Of a DNA stretch of 37,825 nucleotides, positions 34,480 to 37,825 are shown in pieces. The stretch is from contig NIVC01002738.1 of NCBI GenBank assembly GCA_002269645.1, positions 1 to 37,825 on the forward strand, read 5' to 3'. Source of the DNA: Macrostomum lignano. Lineage: Eukaryota. Position numbers and translations under genes: made by a program. Position 1 is the first letter of the stretch. Every line of letters begins with the position of its first letter. The notes below the pieces were generated by a model, which worked only from the letters and a program-made list of their open reading frames with translations, was not told where the DNA came from and ran no database searches.

Positions 34480-35555
34480 GTATATTTCCGTTTTCGCCAC
34501 TTTACGCGTGGACCGCAAGCAATCTGATGGGGCGGGTGGTCCGCTGAGCTTTATCCGAGACCACCTTGAATACAAGCGCATCCCAGTTGACACAGCAGAG
34601 CCGATTGAGATCTGTCGCGTGCGTGTCTTTCTGGGCACCAAGAAGTCCCTGGTCGTTGACAACATCTACGCAACGATCGATCGAGGCACATCCGCCGCGA
34701 CCCACGCCCGCACCGCTGCTGTCTACCGCGCTTTGAACCGGGAAGAGCTGCCAGATCCGCCAGGACGCAGTGCTCTTGGCGAGGTGCTCTTGGCGAGGTG
34801 CTCCTGGCGAGTTGCTCCTGGCGAGGTGTTCTTGGCGAGGTGCTCCTGGCGAGGTGCTCTTGGCGAGGTGCTCCTGGCGAGATGCTCTTGGCGAAGTGCT
34901 CTTGGCGAGGTGCTCTTGGCGAGGTGCTCCTGGCGAGGTGCTCCTGGCGAGGTGCTCCTGGCGAGATGCTCTTGGCGAGGTGCTCTTGGCGAGGTGCTCC
35001 TGGCGAGGTGCTCCTGGCGAGTTGGTCCTGGCGAGGTGCTCTTGGCGAGGTGCTCCTGGCGAGGTGCTCTTGGTGAGGTGCTCTTGGCGAGGTGCTCCTG
35101 GCGAGGTGCTCTTGGCGAGGTGCTCTTGGCGAGGTGCTCCTGGCGAGGTGCTCTTGGCGAGGTGCTACTGGCGAGGTGCTCTTGGCGAGGTGCTCCTGGC
35201 GAGGTGCTCTTGGCGAGGTGCTCCTGGCGAGATGCTCTTGGCGAGGTGCTCCTGGCGAGGTGCTCTTGGCGAGGTGCTCCTGGCGAGGTGCTCTTGGCGA
35301 GGTGCTCCTGGCGAGGTGCTCCTCTTTCTGGAAACTTCTGGCCTTCTCCGCGCCTACAGCACCATCGCTAACCCAGCCGCTGACCCCACCTGTCACCGCT
35401 GTATGGAGGGCCCTGAAGACCTCAAAAAACACTGGCTGGGTTGCCTCGCCCTCCCGGCACCTGAGGCTGAAAATCTTCGATGAGGACACCCTGGACTCGA
35501 GGTTCTGACCGCCGCCCCTGCGACGAGGTCGGTGGCGCTCTCTGATTGCACTTGA
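34480..35555 (+). mobile_element. Internally deleted non-LTR retrotransposon (LINE) remnant: APE endonuclease fragment joined to the C-terminal CCHC region, with no RT
   Basis: RVDRKQSDGAGGPLSFIRDHLEY..IEICRVRVFLGTKKSLVVDNIY is APE-like. It is followed by HARTAAVYR...EVLLAR and LLRAYSTIANPAADPTCHRCMEGPEDLKKHWLGC (CCHC knuckle), then RLKIFDED. Confidence 0.65.
34768..35325. repeat. 14-bp minisatellite (gaggtgctc[c/t]tggc), ~40 copies, inside the LINE remnant
   Basis: Tandem unit visible; it reads EVLL(A) in the LINE frame. Confidence 0.95.
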
Positions 35556-35559
35556 TGCT

Positions 35560-35740
35560 TGTGGTGCTCGTAGTCCGCTTGGCGGGTAAGAATCTTGGCC
35601 TCTAAGAGCCGTATATTTGCGATATATATTCACGCAGCTGCCGACGTGCAGCTATGAGTTACGCAATACATTGGGGTACTGAGCACGTTGGCTAGAGAGC
35701 AAGAGAAAGGGCATTGTACACGCATAGGCTGCGCACCACA
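35560..35740 (-). mobile_element. 3' LTR of a Gypsy element (181 bp)
   Basis: On the minus strand it runs TGTGGTGC...GCACCACA (8-bp inverted termini, TG...CA), immediately after the polypurine tract. Confidence 0.85.
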
Positions 35741-35750
35741 TCTCTCCCCC
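35741..35750 (-). other. Polypurine tract GGGGGAGAGA
   Basis: Directly abuts the TG of the LTR, downstream of the integrase stop. Confidence 0.85.
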
Positions 35751-35940
35751 AAAGCAAAAGAAAAGTCCAATACGAGAGGGTTTAAAATTTCATTGCGAAA
35801 ATTGGTCAAGAAACGACGTGAAGGATTAAAAAAATTAATTAGTAAAACAGTCTCAAATTTTTTTGATTTCGAACGATTAAATACTTAAACAATTAAAGCA
35901 TGCCGATCTTTGACAGCGTTCCGGCTCAGTTCGAATCAAG

Positions 35941-37825
35941 TCACTGCTTGTAGCAGACGGGCTGCTTTGCTGTCCTGGGATGAGGCCTCTGCGCAATCGG
36001 ACCGTCGTTGGCCGAATTTGCCTCTGTCACAGGCGCCCCCGGCCGCTGATCGCCGTCCATCTCGTCAAGGTCCCAGGGGCACTCACGAAGCGGCTTCGTC
36101 TCGGTCACATGCCGCCGAATGACTGCCGTGCCGCGTTGCAGAGTCAGGGCGCCGCCGCTGACTGCCTTGACAAGCCAAGGCCGCGGGTCGAACGGACAGC
36201 GCAGCTTGGCCTTGCCGCGGTTTCTGAGCAGCACGCGGGCGCCTGCCAGGATGCCGTGTGGCGCAGCCGAACGCCGCGTGTCGGCCGCCTTGCGCATCGC
36301 CTGCTTGTAGCCGCGGTCGTGGAGCTGCAGCTGCCGTCCGGAGCTGCCGGTTTGCTTTGTCAGGCCAGATGGCAGGATGTCGCCGGTCTCTCGGTTGAAC
36401 ATGAGGTCGTTGGGCGTGCGGTCGGTGCCTTGGTGCACAGAGTTGCGGTATCCGAGCAGCCACTCGTGGATCGCCCGCCGCCAGTCGTTGCCTTCGGCCG
36501 TGGCGGCGTTGATGGCCTTGTTGAGGCTGCGGTTGAAGCGCTCCACCTCGCCGTTCGCCGCCGGGTAGAGTGGGGTGACCCTGCGCTGTCGAACCCGAGG
36601 CCGTCCAGAAACACGTTGAATTCTTCGCTCGTGAAGTAGGTGGCGTTGTCCGTAGTGATCTGCTGCGGCACACCGAAGCGGCTGAATGAGGCAATGACGC
36701 AGTTGATGACGCTGGCGCTGGTGAGGCTGCGCACCACGTAGAGGTCCGGGTAGCGGCTGAAGTAGTCCACCAAGACAACTACGTTCTCGCCCGTTGGGAA
36801 TGGTCCGCACACGTCGACGCTGAGCGATTGCCAGGCCCCCGACGGAAGCGGCGTCGGCTGCATCGGCGGGTGTTTCACGGCGCCGTCGGTCCGGGCCGCT
36901 TGACACGGGAGGCAGTTAGTGACGACCGCCTCGACCTGCTTGGACATGCCGGGCCACCAGACCTTACGCTGCAGTCGGTCGCACGTCTTCTTCTGTCCGA
37001 GGTGGCCCTGGTGCGCTAAACGATCGTAAGCTGCTGAAGCTCCGCCGGATCACGATTCTGTTTCCCCGGAGCAGAAGGCCTGCGTGAACGCTCAGTTCGT
37101 CTTTGAGGGACCGAAAACTGTGCGCCGGGCTCGCCGCGCCGCAGCTCCAGTTTCCTGTTTCCAAGGCGCGCATGACGACACCAGAGCTGGGTCTCTCTCG
37201 GTCGCAGCCTGGATCCTGTCGACGGTCAGGCCCTTTGGGGTGGCCGCTTGGACAACGGCGTTGCACAGTCTGGTGTCCTCAGCCTCGTCTTTGTGTGACG
37301 ATGCGCTTGTCAGCGGATTGCGGCTCAGTGGGTCTGCCGGGTTGTCCTCGCCTTTGCGGTAGTGCAGTGTGAACGTGAAGTGCTGGGTCTGCAGCATGAT
37401 ACGCTCGAGCCGGGGCGGCGGCCTTGAGTCTGCTCTGTAGATCCCGAGCAGCGGCTTGTGGTCGGTGTAGATATCAAAGTGCGGGCAGCCCTCCAGGTAA
37501 AACGCGAACTTCAAGCAGCCGAACTTGACGCCCAGGGCCTCGCGCTCGATCTGGCTGTAGCGCCGTTCGACGTCACTGAGCGTGCGGCTCGCGTAGGCCA
37601 CCGGCCGCGTCTGCCCGCTTGGGTGCCGCTGCTGCAGAATGGCACCAACGCCGACGGGTGACGCAGCGACCACCAGCTCGGTCGGCAGCCGCTTGTCGAA
37701 GAAGGCCAGCGTGCAGCCCTCGGAGATGCAGTCCTTGACGGCCTGGAAGGACTGCTGCTGCTCGCGGTCCCAGACGAATTCCTGGCCTTTCGTGTTAGTC
37801 GCCTCAGCGGCTCCGCTTTGTTGGA
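35941..37825 (-). mobile_element. pol: Ty3/Gypsy (Mag-like) pol: end of RT/connection, RNase H and integrase; several frameshifts; continues beyond the window
   Basis: EFVWDREQQQSF; RNase H ASPVGVGAIL..PVAYASRTL..YSQIEREAL..TDHKPL; integrase HQGHLG..WWPGM..C..C zinc finger, SVDVCGPF, TTDNA and NGEVERFNRSL (D,D,E). The RH-then-IN order indicates Gypsy. Confidence 0.95.

Noticed and set aside
32770-34527. Several 300-550-aa ORFs on both strands
   Set aside because: Translations of the 20-bp minisatellite.

Overview
Eukaryotic (metazoan) genomic DNA. The spliceosomal introns packed with unrelated minisatellites suggest a free-living flatworm such as Macrostomum; this is an inference from genome style only. 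In order, the window holds: (1) the 3' exons of a STARD10-like START-domain gene (+); (2) an apparently intronless EGFR/ErbB receptor tyrosine kinase (+, 5197-9741, broken by five small frameshifts); (3) two tandem hnRNP A/B-type 2xRRM genes (+) with the same intron position but very different low-complexity tails; (4) a large minus-strand gene (31272-23327, four coding exons) that the ORF track splits into many pieces; (5) a Crypton-like fragment inside an intron of that gene, two MITEs, an internally deleted LINE remnant and the 3' part of a Gypsy LTR retrotransposon; (6) about 15 different minisatellites. When spliced, the minus-strand gene encodes about 30 near-identical 33-aa ankyrin-type repeats, about 3 canonical ankyrin repeats, a cGAS-like (cGLR/Mab-21) nucleotidyltransferase with an apparently intact catalytic motif, a helical tail and a basic NLS-like end. 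This ANK-array cGLR is the most interesting object here. Single-base deletions, mostly in homopolymers, recur in unrelated genes and most likely reflect long-read consensus error rather than true pseudogenes.
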